Shown piece after piece: positions 29,801 to 38,412 of a stretch of DNA of 64,000 bases. Each line of letters starts with the position of its first letter. Positions within the stretch are counted from its first letter, which is position 1. This DNA comes from a virus. The position numbers were made by a program, and so were the translations under genes. The notes beneath the pieces were generated by a model. It was given only the letters and a program-made list of their open reading frames with translations, was not told the origin of the DNA and searched no databases. Location: positions 84,784 through 148,783 of the IMG/VR virus record IMGVR_UViG_3300044998_001357. One strand, written 5' to 3'.

Positions 29801-32800
29801 TGAGGGTCGGGCGGGGGCGGAGGAGGGCCGGCCGCAGGCGGTGCCGGCGGTTGATTGGGGGGGACTTGCGCACCACCACCAGCCTGAGCGCGTCGAGCAG
29901 CAAGGCGCTCCTTCATGGAGCCCAATTTAACAGGAGGTGGCGCTTCCGCCGCTTTCATTTGCAAGAGTTGACGGTCTAATTCTTCACCAATACGAGAGTA
30001 GAGCGCGTCATTAGTTCCTGTTGCCGGCAGTCCAAGCTTCTTGGCAAATGATTTTAGTTCATTATAATTCGTCGGCGCAGAAACGCCCATCTTGGTAAGC
30101 AGGCGTTGAATTTCGGCGGACCTTTGTTCCTGAAGGAGCCCGGCAGCACCGCCCTCGCCCTTACCGGCGACATCCATCTCCTCGCCCCACGCCGAGGTCA
30201 TGCGATACTCAAGGGTTTCAGAAATATCGCGTATTTTGGAATAAATGCCGCGACGGACATAGTTCCAGGGACGAAAATCTTTAGGGTCTCCCTGGTGTTG
30301 TATAACGGCTCGAGCAAGAGCACGGCTACCCGTTTCATACAGAATACCCGTGGGGTCCGAACCCCCAGCCACTCTCCCAATCGCCCTATCGATGATTCCC
30401 TTTCCTTCGAACTTGGCATAGAGCGCAGCTTGTTGCGGCGTCATCCGCGAAAGGATATCGGCGGCACTTTGCTTTCCTTTGTCTGTCTGTTTGAGGGACT
30501 GAGTTGCTTCCTGAGCGGCCTGAGCCAGCCCCTTAAAGACAGGCCCCGCCTTAGTCATTTCCAAAACGATTTGAGTGGCGTTGGTGAGTGCTACTTTTAA
30601 CTTGGCTGCCTCGGCCCGAACTGCATTCGCGATATCGGCGTTACCCTTGAAGTCGCCAAACTCAAAGGTTCCAGTCACCGATTCGTCTTTATTCGATACT
30701 TTGCCGCCTTTGGCATAGCCCCGAACCTTACCGGTCTGGTTCATATGATTCAGGTTCGCCAGCCCAATCCGAGAGGCCGCTTCTTTGTTGATGACAAATT
30801 CACCCGGCGTAAGCAAGGCAGGCACGGTGTCACTGGGGGACATTCCGCCCATAGCGAACTTCCGCTGCAGGAGCTTTGCCTGAAATATTGGGTCCGCCGG
30901 GTCGATGATGGCGGAGAAGGAGTTGCCTTTTGCCTTCCAGTACCGCTCGCCACCGGGCATCGCTAGTAGGGAGCGAACATCCCTGGGGGAAGCGGCAATA
31001 ATATCCTCCGCCTCCTTCTCGCTCAGTAGGCCGCATTTGACCGCTGTGGCCATGCTTGACCTGAGTCGTGACCCAATGAACCGCCTATCCAGCCGGCCGT
31101 TCGCACCGAACTTTGTCGGCCAGACGTAGTAGCCTTGGAAGTCCTCGCCACGGGCTGCTAGCAGGGACATCTTCGGGGTTTCCACAAACCCCCCCGTAAG
31201 TGACGCCAGGGCTTGTCGCGCCAGCATCCGCGATGCCGAGCCGGATTGCCGAAAATCCTCATTTACAACGAATATTGAATTATTAATGCTGGCCTCGTAG
31301 GGGCTACTGGACGGGTCAACCCCACTATGTTTCTGGTAGGTCACCATACGCTTGGCGGAATACAGGTCATCCTTGTGTCTAAACCGGACATTGACCCAGC
31401 CGTAATTTTCCCTGCTGTCCTTCGACACGTTCAGGTGTACGATGTCGTCTGGACCAGCGCCCGCCAGCATGGCCGTATTTTCGAAGCCGTGTCGCTTGAT
31501 GAAACTGTTTTCCAGTGCCCCTGATACCCATATATTGCGGCTCAGCGGGCCGGTCACGCCACGCCTCCTGAGCTCCTCGACGAAAGCCGTGTGATTCGAG
31601 CGGTCGACACTACCACCGCTGGCGAACCCTAACCAACGGGTGATTCCCCCCACCCATCCCTTGCCGCGAGCCAGATTACCAAAGAAGCCCAGGTCTTTGG
31701 GCTTGTAGTTTGCGTTGGTGCTCAACGCCACTCGCTCGATGATGTTCCGCTGAAAACCGCGTTGACGCAACGAATCAAGCTGGGTATTCTCTCGAAGGTT
31801 GCGGTCCATACCGGTTAGTGACTGGGCAAAAAGGTCCGCAAACCCCTCGTGGGCGGCGTACCGATAACGGCCCATCTGAGCACTAACATTGAGCCTGTCG
31901 GCACGGTCGCGTCTTCGGGTAATCTCGCCCTGAATACGGCCATAACGGTGAGCGCTCGTAAAATCGCGCTTGCTGGCCAGACCACGCCAACCATCCAGGT
32001 AGTTGTCGGCCGCATGCCCCAACTCGTGAGCAAGCGTGTACTTCAGTTGCTCAAACGAATTGATTTTTGATTTCGCGAGAGTGATAGTACCACGCAGGTC
32101 GCTCACATCTTTGGATTGCCTGTATACCCCTCTTGCCCCTGGAGACTTATCGTAGGTGTCGACGACATCGATGGTTCGCACCAGCTTGCGAAAATCAATC
32201 CCGGAATTTTGGCTTAGTTCCAGCAGGGCCTTCTTGATGGTATCGTTATTTAGGACGAAACCGTCTGAGGTGTGCTTCCGGCCTGTCATTCCCCTGAATG
32301 AAGGTCCGCCGGGAGCACTTCCCATCAGTGTGTTGGCCTGACCACCCCGAGCAAAGCGCTGAACTCTTCCCTCGTTGAGTTCGGTCAGACGGTCGTAGCC
32401 AATCTGTCGGGCAGAGGATTTGCGAATGATGAATTCGCCCGGAGTGAGCACCGCCGGAACAGTATCGCTATCTCCCACACCGGGAACGACGCCGCCACGG
32501 GCAAACCCACGAATGGGTTTGCCAACCTGGGCCGTTAAGCTGTTGACAAAGGCCCGAGTGGCTCCCCCCAGGCTTGTACCAATCTTGACTGCGGCAATCG
32601 CGGCCAGAACCGGCACCAGAGGCTGAGCGTATTCCAGGATTTTCGCAAACCCACCGGCAATTGTGATGAGCGAGTTAGCCAGGCCCTGAAAGCCCTTGCT
32701 ATCGACCAGGCCGCGAATGAGTTTGAGGTATTCCTCACCCAGACGTGCCGTCTTGTTGGCCAATGTTTCCTGCCGGGCCTCGGCCGCCGCGAGCAAGGAA

Positions 32801-34005
32801 ATCTGACCGGTCATGGCGACATTGACCGCCTCCTGGGCAACCCGATTTTCCTTCAGGAGCGGAATCACCTTGGAGATTTGCCGGTAACCGCCCAGCTGCT
32901 CCACCACGGCGGCGAAGCGGGTATCGGTCTCGCGAAGACCCGCCAGGCCGGTGCTGAGCCGGTTGACTGCCTCGTAGGCCCCGACGAACTGGTTTTCGAG
33001 GTTTATATCACCCAGCGCCCGAGCTTCTTCTGCTGTGTAGCGAAGATTAATCCCCAGTTCGCGCACCGCCTGAACCGTGTCGGAACGCTGCAGACGAGTA
33101 AAAATGGTCCGTAAGCCCGTGGCAATCGTATCAGCCGATTCTCGAGTGGTTGCCCGTACCGAGGTGAACAGACCCATGAATTCGGCCAGGGCTTCCTGAC
33201 CGGTCTTGGCATCACCGGCGACCGCAACGAAGGCACCACCCGCCTTTTGTATGGCGGTGATAAGGTCGCGCGACTCAACGGCGAAAGCACCGGCCACGGC
33301 GTTCATCGACCCGAGCACCGAATTAAAATCCGCTGCCTGGGTCTTGAACTGACGCCATACAGCAATCAAACCTTCGGTGGTTTGCTTAATGGACTCAAAG
33401 TTGGGAGCCAGGTCGGAGCGTGCCAGCGCTTCCATGGCCACCTTGATCTCCGTCGAGGCCAGACCCGCCTGTTTCAAGACCACAGCCGATTCGGCGAGGG
33501 CCTGACTCGACACGCCCAAGGAGGTCGATAGCCGATTAATCTCGGTCCGGATTTCCGAGATACGATTGGTGGTATCACCTGAAACCTGGGCAATCTTGTT
33601 CATCTCGACATCAAAACGAACCGCCGCAGTGACTGCCTGCTGGAAGGCACGAACGAAAGTAATCAACGAGCCTGCGGCCGCGCTAAAGGCCACAAATCGT
33701 CGAGTGGCCAGACCGGCCTGGCTGGCAAAATTTTCTAGCTGATTCACCCCGCCCTGGGTAACCCGGACTGTGGCAGCCAGGGTGGCATTCATGGTGGCGG
33801 CCTGAGACTGCACCCGACGAAGGGCTGCTTGGGTTGCCCCCAGGCCCGAATTCAGACGTGCGATGCCCTGCCGAGAACCAGAACTGTCAATCGAGATGGT
33901 CGTATTTGCGCCGCGAAGTTGCTGATTGATACCATTGAGAACCTGCGGCAGATTGCGAGGCCCCTGAATGTTTAACTGAGCGACAATGTCGAAGACCTGA
34001 GCCAT
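23854..34005 (-). CDS. Tape measure protein (3383 aa) with embedded cargo domains
   Basis: N-terminal phage-tail TMP domain (FDVEMNKIAQVSG...TTRESADTIATGLRTIFTRL); four DTVPAxLTPGEF motifs; HELGH metallopeptidase, GNAT-like and SAP-like segments; Gly-rich hydrophobic stretch; coiled coils. Confidence 0.9.
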   Translation of the reverse strand: MAQVFDIVAQLNIQGPRNLPQVLNGINQQLRGANTTISIDSSGSRQGIARLNSGLGATQAALRRVQSQAATMNATLAATVRVTQGGVNQLENFASQAGLATRRFVAFSAAAGSLITFVRAFQQAVTAAVRFDVEMNKIAQVSGDTTNRISEIRTEINRLSTSLGVSSQALAESAVVLKQAGLASTEIKVAMEALARSDLAPNFESIKQTTEGLIAVWRQFKTQAADFNSVLGSMNAVAGAFAVESRDLITAIQKAGGAFVAVAGDAKTGQEALAEFMGLFTSVRATTRESADTIATGLRTIFTRLQRSDTVQAVRELGINLRYTAEEARALGDINLENQFVGAYEAVNRLSTGLAGLRETDTRFAAVVEQLGGYRQISKVIPLLKENRVAQEAVNVAMTGQISLLAAAEARQETLANKTARLGEEYLKLIRGLVDSKGFQGLANSLITIAGGFAKILEYAQPLVPVLAAIAAVKIGTSLGGATRAFVNSLTAQVGKPIRGFARGGVVPGVGDSDTVPAVLTPGEFIIRKSSARQIGYDRLTELNEGRVQRFARGGQANTLMGSAPGGPSFRGMTGRKHTSDGFVLNNDTIKKALLELSQNSGIDFRKLVRTIDVVDTYDKSPGARGVYRQSKDVSDLRGTITLAKSKINSFEQLKYTLAHELGHAADNYLDGWRGLASKRDFTSAHRYGRIQGEITRRRDRADRLNVSAQMGRYRYAAHEGFADLFAQSLTGMDRNLRENTQLDSLRQRGFQRNIIERVALSTNANYKPKDLGFFGNLARGKGWVGGITRWLGFASGGSVDRSNHTAFVEELRRRGVTGPLSRNIWVSGALENSFIKRHGFENTAMLAGAGPDDIVHLNVSKDSRENYGWVNVRFRHKDDLYSAKRMVTYQKHSGVDPSSSPYEASINNSIFVVNEDFRQSGSASRMLARQALASLTGGFVETPKMSLLAARGEDFQGYYVWPTKFGANGRLDRRFIGSRLRSSMATAVKCGLLSEKEAEDIIAASPRDVRSLLAMPGGERYWKAKGNSFSAIIDPADPIFQAKLLQRKFAMGGMSPSDTVPALLTPGEFVINKEAASRIGLANLNHMNQTGKVRGYAKGGKVSNKDESVTGTFEFGDFKGNADIANAVRAEAAKLKVALTNATQIVLEMTKAGPVFKGLAQAAQEATQSLKQTDKGKQSAADILSRMTPQQAALYAKFEGKGIIDRAIGRVAGGSDPTGILYETGSRALARAVIQHQGDPKDFRPWNYVRRGIYSKIRDISETLEYRMTSAWGEEMDVAGKGEGGAAGLLQEQRSAEIQRLLTKMGVSAPTNYNELKSFAKKLGLPATGTNDALYSRIGEELDRQLLQMKAAEAPPPVKLGSMKERLAARRAQAGGGAQVPPNQPPAPPAAGPPPPPPDPQGRPPYPQLGYNPLVGLNPAMPAPAWLNQLPTSGRASSSTPSESGEQAWFLARLPNPAFAAKDPVAVRYQEQMLAATRAVNLDKAVERQLRQGRNFERAQAEAAASTIALLRLQRQQNNPFVDPLYLKQYAKDTSGMPGSFVAYGLPGSSLRQKKLEELEAYKSRPKVLGISSTAEVNPALMARDPRAVHYQEQVLAAARAAQAMEKSRQRQESNRYADPLYVKQMVKDSTGMPGAYVSQGLPGTKLRAERVKALDNYKFQMEVKATQKDFDNSVKRRDPGFNPNLIQSDPEAVRYQEQIIANLAGEKMMQKKEERYQARNYVDPLRQRQEAMLQDQSTGAAVYAFGAAGSKKREEAVAKMRQKQEEKRQAQVRAQEAQARYNQQKLQDYRNDPGVVTMRILEQFRNSGSKDMTPFLEQAKGSLSPTQLAILEKRMLQSIGLRSESLTQVNEAGEIVPTGGLASRAQTEANRRMSRLGGANNLSQTTQTRIQQEALAAESAKTERELYSAQRRLLAKLNPQMSAMELHRKATEDVAAAMSGQARVIRLNTGQIAGLESTVRQANTRGIDAPLAGGLGYRLGGMAGAVGNWLTTPSRLAQRLDNSPVANIFSGPGAIAAMMAVPAMSAFFDNRAGRVEDAVTAGSTSYYANNRAISGGLQGALVGGTIGATVGSMIPLVGTVIGGAAGAIVGGVAGVVSALRESADEIRQVKINNALTIFSDKIQQLANLGPATDGRFITAARDSLRTARAEAFEKNRIASTYFFSGYDPKGFGELQARSLRQDFGQQLPSMMSYLQRNAESLGRAQYNGDIGRIIQQLRASGDGLNDELVRLIASIRGLSIDDVFLELRKSVLQGQQATLSERRNLEGRQTDEKNINSFGRLLLAVQSASDSLLELRQRGQALAEVFDGTIGASRVSIRAENLDQLGRLDRGGLQPLQTVAAIGGEMGARLLNTGTQVDNLSRVLPGILATVVAGAQNNSEADVVTQVDRLLRERLGDDTEARVARASVRRRLNEELSSDRGGLTNLINQVQVDTTALSGSLLQNLAEPLKNIGGKVARQLEDNANQLTEQLTQLTSRLRQIGESFDQLASVQTSRFRQNLEVMASRAGRGNQALDFAGLEQLEFGQRSRQSRLAGVAGPAAFDPILLGRRLGETRAQLLNAERNQQQEFIKTGGRGPAFAQAAEEVLRLKSRAADLQTALRNLTDVTNQTSVAQEKLSRLQQEKEGRLGLAERFATAGPEEMVRMNRGLLLANEAARQGNLDNFSADDRRSIIETLRSAGGVTLTGFAGSPRADDLLKNLLSNSFGGAFRLNDGQQQEERQLQDVIGQRFKAAEDATIQLIQFQQQNSAEFFRNLGTQQEQFFARLEAILLKERLVEAENRQGILSAQSGRLGRLANQRDMLAGIGVTTTDQYVALQNQRGSAESLIRGLTQRSQINTARERALADVDNVQINGNLPQQQESLFRWLQNQGVDQKSAQRIAYERFAKVRTKPITPEEVHTPDGYNRVLRDDIRKAIKLELGDAKAGGEFARVNQEIETAIASLRGIRGLDTAGLEKRLQQGGPRAAQEFLEALNAFNTTDNRLENLGTEINKVNSELKALADTIARLRQQIPGGNVPPQGAPARLATGGNVAGHPGSPLGTDTVPAWLTPGEFVVNRRSAQANAGLLRRINSSTSPVYLARGGTAELEEQLRMEAAINPFGASAMVLQGWVANNYIRNNLFRDRKFNERQKRFFVAAQVGQLAMASQMENFIQRSSFGGLGRPGEDGQRNIAMSLLSREGMIRKENASQSREYQRWLRSVTQPGVVMVGAKRPLRMATGGPVPGSGIFDTVPALLTPGEFVLNRRAASGLGAPTLERLNQGGAVGGQSIPGPSIPREAIDQLSRTLNAFVRAAGGFGEVVGRLSQGFTSFLGSANALADAISRIPQNITLQGTHQVNVNINGAEVLSRISPEIQAMITKEVRASLNRIFREQMPDSGVNLD
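28720..29640 (-). repeat. Three tandem ~105-120 aa repeats inside the tape measure
   Basis: DPxAVxYQEQ at ~29587-29616, 29221-29250 and 28906-28935, each followed by (F/Y)xDPL...G..G..(L/K)R. Confidence 0.8.
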
Positions 34006-34065
34006 CGTAGCACCGATGATTGGTTCAGGCCCCCAACATCAAACGGGCCAGGGTTGCTCAAACAA

Positions 34066-34848
34066 TTAGTTCAAATCGTCAACGAATTCGGTGAATTCGA
34101 CCTTGAACTCACCCTCTTCGGTCAACAGATTACCATCGATATCGATGAGTTGACCGGCCTCGTTCACCAGACGACCCTTGTCGTCGATTAGCCGACCCTT
34201 GTCGTCAATCGGGCGGCCGTCCTTCCGAATGAGCCGCAGGTCGCTTGCTCGACAGAAACCGTACTTGATAAGGAAACGGTTTTCCGGAAGTTTCTGGAGG
34301 TAGTCATCTTCCAGACCGTAAAGCAAATTCCCAAGCTGTTGTGAGGCAGGGAAGATAACAGGGTCGTTTTCCCGGCTCAGATAGTCATCCACATCACGGA
34401 AGTACGGTTTGCCTGTATCGCTATACACCACCAGAGTGGCCATCAGGTAGTTGAAACGAGCCCGTTCGGCGTAGGCCTCGGCGGTGTGTTCATCAAGCTC
34501 ATTTCGCTCGGCTGTCATCTGACGAAGCTCATTTCGCTGCTCCCGCATCTGGATGGCAATGTCCCGAGCTACCGACAGGGGGATACCACCCTGGGCCAGT
34601 TTCTTCTCGTTGGCCCACAAATCGCGATTGATTTGCTTGAACTTCGCTTCCTTCTCGTCATCCCAGAGATTTTGTTCTCGCAGAACGCGTTCGATGGCCT
34701 GCCGGACCATCAGGCCCGACTGAGTGGCGTTGCGAAACTCGCGGTTGTAAACGAGTTGAGCCTGCTGCGAGACCCGGTGGTTAGGCCTGAGTACCGAAAA
34801 AGCGACCTTCTTGCCCTCAATCTCTACCTCAAAATTCTTCTTGTTCAT
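34066..34848 (-). CDS. Putative tail assembly chaperone
   Basis: Immediately upstream of the TMP; C-terminal (D/N)xxGxL(I/V) short repeats. Confidence 0.55.
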   Translation of the reverse strand: MNKKNFEVEIEGKKVAFSVLRPNHRVSQQAQLVYNREFRNATQSGLMVRQAIERVLREQNLWDDEKEAKFKQINRDLWANEKKLAQGGIPLSVARDIAIQMREQRNELRQMTAERNELDEHTAEAYAERARFNYLMATLVVYSDTGKPYFRDVDDYLSRENDPVIFPASQQLGNLLYGLEDDYLQKLPENRFLIKYGFCRASDLRLIRKDGRPIDDKGRLIDDKGRLVNEAGQLIDIDGNLLTEEGEFKVEFTEFVDDLN

Positions 34849-35129
34849 GCCTTCTCCTGACGACTGTTTCTGGTATTGGTTTCTCGATTGTTTAATTCTT
34901 TTTCAATACTTCGCAACTGATGGTTGGCATGATTGAGAATATCGGTACGACAATTCTCCCACTCCCTCCGCCACGCGAGCTCATTCTCTGTACAATCTTT
35001 CTGGGACTTGCCATGCCCCCAGAGATGGCCAAAATAGTGCTCAAACCGAGCTAGCGCCCCAATAAAACTCGTTCTGCTCTTAGATGCAACTATCTGACTA
35101 ATTGACTTGGGTTTTTTGATGTTATCCAT
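34845..35129 (-). CDS. Hypothetical protein
   Basis: 94 aa, overlapping start and stop with neighbours. Confidence 0.65.
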   Translation of the reverse strand: MDNIKKPKSISQIVASKSRTSFIGALARFEHYFGHLWGHGKSQKDCTENELAWRREWENCRTDILNHANHQLRSIEKELNNRETNTRNSRQEKA

Positions 35130-36193
35130 TATCCACCTTTCATCATTCGATTCAGTTCCATCTTAATTTTACGCTGAGTGTCTGGCATGTCTTGTTCGTT
35201 AACAACCCCCTTTTTGTTCAAGTAGCTAAAGCGCTGCTTTTGAATACTGCGCGCAAAATCATCGTTCAGTTCCATTACTCTACGCGCATCATCATCGTTT
35301 TCGGCCACTAGGAAAACTTCCTGGGCCTTGGAAATTTTTTCATTGGAGATATCCTGACTGACGTTACGAGACTTGAGCTCCGACTCATGCTTTCGTTTTT
35401 GTTTAATTAGCCATCCATCAAACATGTCATCGTCTGAAAGTATCTCTTCATCGGGACAATCTGGTGAAGAGTAAACTTTCTCGTAAAGTGAGGATATCTC
35501 AACCAGAGCTATTTGTTCTTCGGTATGCATCGAAGCAGGAACGCCAAATAACTTTCCCTCGGTGGTTCGGGCGTTCCAGATTGACCGCCATGGGTCTGTC
35601 CTGGCTAGTTCTCGAAGCGTGGCTTCGTCCAGTCGTGTCTGTCCATAAGTAACCATCGCTTCCTCAATGATGGTGTCTTCGGAGTTCCAGTACGCCTCCT
35701 CGTCGGCAAAAACAGGTCTTCCATCGGGGTAACGCAGAGCAAAAGCCAGTAATAGTCTTGCCTTGGCCATGTCGGCGACTCCGTTGGCGGAATAGTGATA
35801 ATAAACATTTCGCTCAGACTGAAGGCTGTGAAGTGTCTCCTTGGCCCTGGTCAGAGCTTTTCGAATCGAGGCGTTTTCCGACGAGCGAAACCGGCTATCC
35901 AGAAGACCAACCTTGAATTGCTCAATTTCCTTGGGTAGGGAGAGCAAAAGTTTTTGTTTCTCCTCCGTCCACAGACCCAGTTCCATCAGCAGGCCGAGTG
36001 CTTCCTCAGCGGAATATAAATTTTGCTCCATCGCGGCCTGATAGGTTCGCTCGTGTAATTCGCATGCGAGATACTTCTGCTCCTGGGTTACGTTGGTAAT
36101 CAGGATAACCCCACGCTCCAGTCGCAAACGAACCGTGCCTGAACAAATCCGCGCCACAAGAAGTTCCCTGCGGTCACGACTTCTGCTCACCAC
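35129..36193 (-). CDS. Hypothetical protein (tail-assembly region)
   Basis: 354-aa helical ORF between tail tube and TMP; RBS AAGGAG. Confidence 0.7.
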   Translation of the reverse strand: MVSRSRDRRELLVARICSGTVRLRLERGVILITNVTQEQKYLACELHERTYQAAMEQNLYSAEEALGLLMELGLWTEEKQKLLLSLPKEIEQFKVGLLDSRFRSSENASIRKALTRAKETLHSLQSERNVYYHYSANGVADMAKARLLLAFALRYPDGRPVFADEEAYWNSEDTIIEEAMVTYGQTRLDEATLRELARTDPWRSIWNARTTEGKLFGVPASMHTEEQIALVEISSLYEKVYSSPDCPDEEILSDDDMFDGWLIKQKRKHESELKSRNVSQDISNEKISKAQEVFLVAENDDDARRVMELNDDFARSIQKQRFSYLNKKGVVNEQDMPDTQRKIKMELNRMMKGG

Positions 36194-36329
36194 GCTGCTC
36201 CTTTAGTAAACGAAGAAGTTCGTCACGCTCCTGAATCAGTTTCAGTTTCTCCTGTCGCTCCTTATCAATTTGCTGGCAGGATTCGATGTATAGTTGCCCG
36301 ACATACTTGCAAATTTCCGTGAAGTCCAT
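36174..36329 (-). CDS. Small coiled-coil protein, 51 aa (not in the ORF track)
   Basis: MDFTEICKYVGQLYIESCQQIDKERQEKLKLIQERDELLRLLKEQRGEQKS; RBS GAGGG; fills the gap. Confidence 0.6.
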   Translation of the reverse strand: MDFTEICKYVGQLYIESCQQIDKERQEKLKLIQERDELLRLLKEQRGEQKS

Positions 36330-36340
36330 ATATACCCTCA

Positions 36341-36367
36341 AACAAAAACCCTCGTTTTCACGAGGGT
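36341..36367 (-). terminator. Rho-independent terminator after the major tail gene
   Basis: ACCCTCG-tgaaaa-CGAGGGT followed by TTTTGTT on the minus strand. Confidence 0.8.
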
Positions 36368-36402
36368 AAAAAGAATCCCCTGAAATAGTACAAGGCGAAC
36401 GC

Positions 36403-37404
36403 TTAGGTCAGACCACTCGGGTCTTGCGGGTGAGTAACCTTCATATCGTTGAAGTTACTGTACGTGTACGTCAGTGTCATGTTGCCACCGTTCTGACCGG
36501 CGTTCGCGCCACCCTGGGTCACGCCCGAAAGCTTGTTCTTGGAACCGCAGTGGACCACCAGGCCTTCGCGGGTCTTAATCACGATGGTTCGGTCCACGAG
36601 GTTCGAGGCATCTTCCAGTGCCGACACCTTATCGCCCTCGGTGGCAATCACCTCAATTTCCGTGGTGACCTCGACCGGGAAGGTCGCATAACGGTGATAG
36701 GGGCCTTTTCGTCCCAGTTCGAACATTTGCTCGCGACCTAGGTTGGTCGACACGCGAATACTCTGAATCGGCACCTGGAACCGGTCGCCGGTAACCGCCA
36801 GTTCGTTGGTGCCCGAGGCCGAAATGCCCGGAATATCCTGGGGCAGAAGGCAGCCGGCCGAACCAAAGAGTACGTCCTCGCGGCGATTCACGCCCTCAGG
36901 CGCGAGCGGCGAGTCGTTGTTGTTAAAGGCCGTGGCGGTAAAGGTATTGTTCCAGACCTTGTTGTTACCCACCAGTGTCACCGATTCGGTGCTGTTGTTA
37001 CCCACATTAAAGCTGTAGCTTACCGAACTCACATAGACTCCCGAAACCGTCATCTGCGACAGCGGGACGCCCGAAGCCGATTCCTGCACGTCCGAATAAA
37101 TACTCGCGCCAATCGTGGCTCGAATATTGGAGCGGCCCGACAGGGTAGCGCTCGAAGCCCCTTTGGTGGCCAGCAAATAAATCGGGCAATAACCGTCGAG
37201 CACCTTCTCGAGGGTAACCTCCACATCCGGAATGTTTTCGATGTTTTCGTAAATCGAAATCTGGCCAATTTCGAACACCTGCTCCAGGTTGAATCGAGTA
37301 TTGACGCCGGCCTGCTGCAAACCCTTAACGCTAGTGTAAATGTTCTCACCGCATCTGGAAATGCCAACCTGCTGTACCGCGTAGTAAATACGCTTATTGC
37401 TCAT
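36403..37404 (-). CDS. Major tail tube protein
   Basis: MSNKRIYYAVQQVG start with RBS GGAG; tandem tube-like motifs LEQVFEIGQ and REQMFELGRKGPY; own terminator. Confidence 0.75.
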   Translation of the reverse strand: MSNKRIYYAVQQVGISRCGENIYTSVKGLQQAGVNTRFNLEQVFEIGQISIYENIENIPDVEVTLEKVLDGYCPIYLLATKGASSATLSGRSNIRATIGASIYSDVQESASGVPLSQMTVSGVYVSSVSYSFNVGNNSTESVTLVGNNKVWNNTFTATAFNNNDSPLAPEGVNRREDVLFGSAGCLLPQDIPGISASGTNELAVTGDRFQVPIQSIRVSTNLGREQMFELGRKGPYHRYATFPVEVTTEIEVIATEGDKVSALEDASNLVDRTIVIKTREGLVVHCGSKNKLSGVTQGGANAGQNGGNMTLTYTYSNFNDMKVTHPQDPSGLT

Positions 37405-37447
37405 TTTGGACTCCGTGTACACCTCGCCGTGTTTATCCACGAACAGG

Positions 37448-37453
37448 TACACC
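37448..37453 (-). promoter_or_regulatory. Candidate late promoter GGTGTA (second copy at 37418-37423)
   Basis: Two copies in the 63-nt gap upstream of the tail tube gene. Confidence 0.5.
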
Positions 37454-37467
37454 GGAATCCAAAACGA

Positions 37468-38412
37468 TTAGGGAATATCTACCTCGATGCGCAAGTTGAC
37501 CTGGCAATACCGAATCCCACCCAGACCGGCTCGCTCGTAACTGCGGGCATGCTGGATACGAATCTGACGCCACTCGAAACCCCCCTCACCAGAGGGTTTG
37601 ATTAGGTCTGGATACATCATTCCTGAGGGTTTGGGGGTTCCGTTCCAGTCCAACGGAAACGCGTCCCGGGCAAACATCTGATTCACGTCAAAACCAACCA
37701 GTCTCTTTCCGACCTGATTGGTGATTGCATCGTGTAACCAGCGGTAGGTGTCGGGGTCTTCCGCGAGGATGTGAAAGTGGACCTCTTGCTCAACGATTTG
37801 TACCTGGCTACCCAGTTCGTATCCTTTTCGCGAGGTGACATTGGGAACCACGTCAACCACCACAGCGGGTAGCTGAAGACGATACTCACCGGGAATATCC
37901 CAGACCCCTGAACCGGTCTGGGTAAAATGCGGGTCGTCGGAGCGGAACGAATCTTTCTGGAGTCGTCTCCAGCCCTCGTTGTTCGACGTGTAGACCTGAA
38001 AAAGTCGATAGCTATGTTCGCACTGAACAATACTTGTGGGTGAAACCGGCGGATGGAAATGGACCTGGCCATTGGGATAATCCACGAAGTGACCCGATGC
38101 CCGAAAAGTGCCGTTTACCCACACGCCCGAGACCCGGATGGGTTGCTGGTCAAACTCCACGCCGGTTTCCCATACCCAGTCTTTTCGAAATCCCTGCCAG
38201 ACCTGACCATCGGGATAACGCGGGTCCGAGACGGGTCGCAATCGCGTTTCGTCGATGTTAAAACAATTGGGCTGACCCATTCGAGCAGAGAAGAAGCCAC
38301 CCACCCCCAAAAAACCCCACTGGAAAAAAGTGGTCAAATTGGCTTCCAGCTGTTTGGACAACAGAGACTCGTGAACACCCCGGACACCTTTTAGCTGTGT
38401 GTGGGTCGGCAT
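37468..38412 (-). CDS. Putative tail completion/terminator protein
   Basis: Position just before the tail tube; LQLPAVVVDV motif. Confidence 0.55.
   Translation of the reverse strand: MPTHTQLKGVRGVHESLLSKQLEANLTTFFQWGFLGVGGFFSARMGQPNCFNIDETRLRPVSDPRYPDGQVWQGFRKDWVWETGVEFDQQPIRVSGVWVNGTFRASGHFVDYPNGQVHFHPPVSPTSIVQCEHSYRLFQVYTSNNEGWRRLQKDSFRSDDPHFTQTGSGVWDIPGEYRLQLPAVVVDVVPNVTSRKGYELGSQVQIVEQEVHFHILAEDPDTYRWLHDAITNQVGKRLVGFDVNQMFARDAFPLDWNGTPKPSGMMYPDLIKPSGEGGFEWRQIRIQHARSYERAGLGGIRYCQVNLRIEVDIP

Noticed and set aside
34006-36193. Programmed frameshift in the tail chaperone genes
   Set aside because: No convincing slippery site plus overlapping second ORF was found by eye; the genes have their own starts
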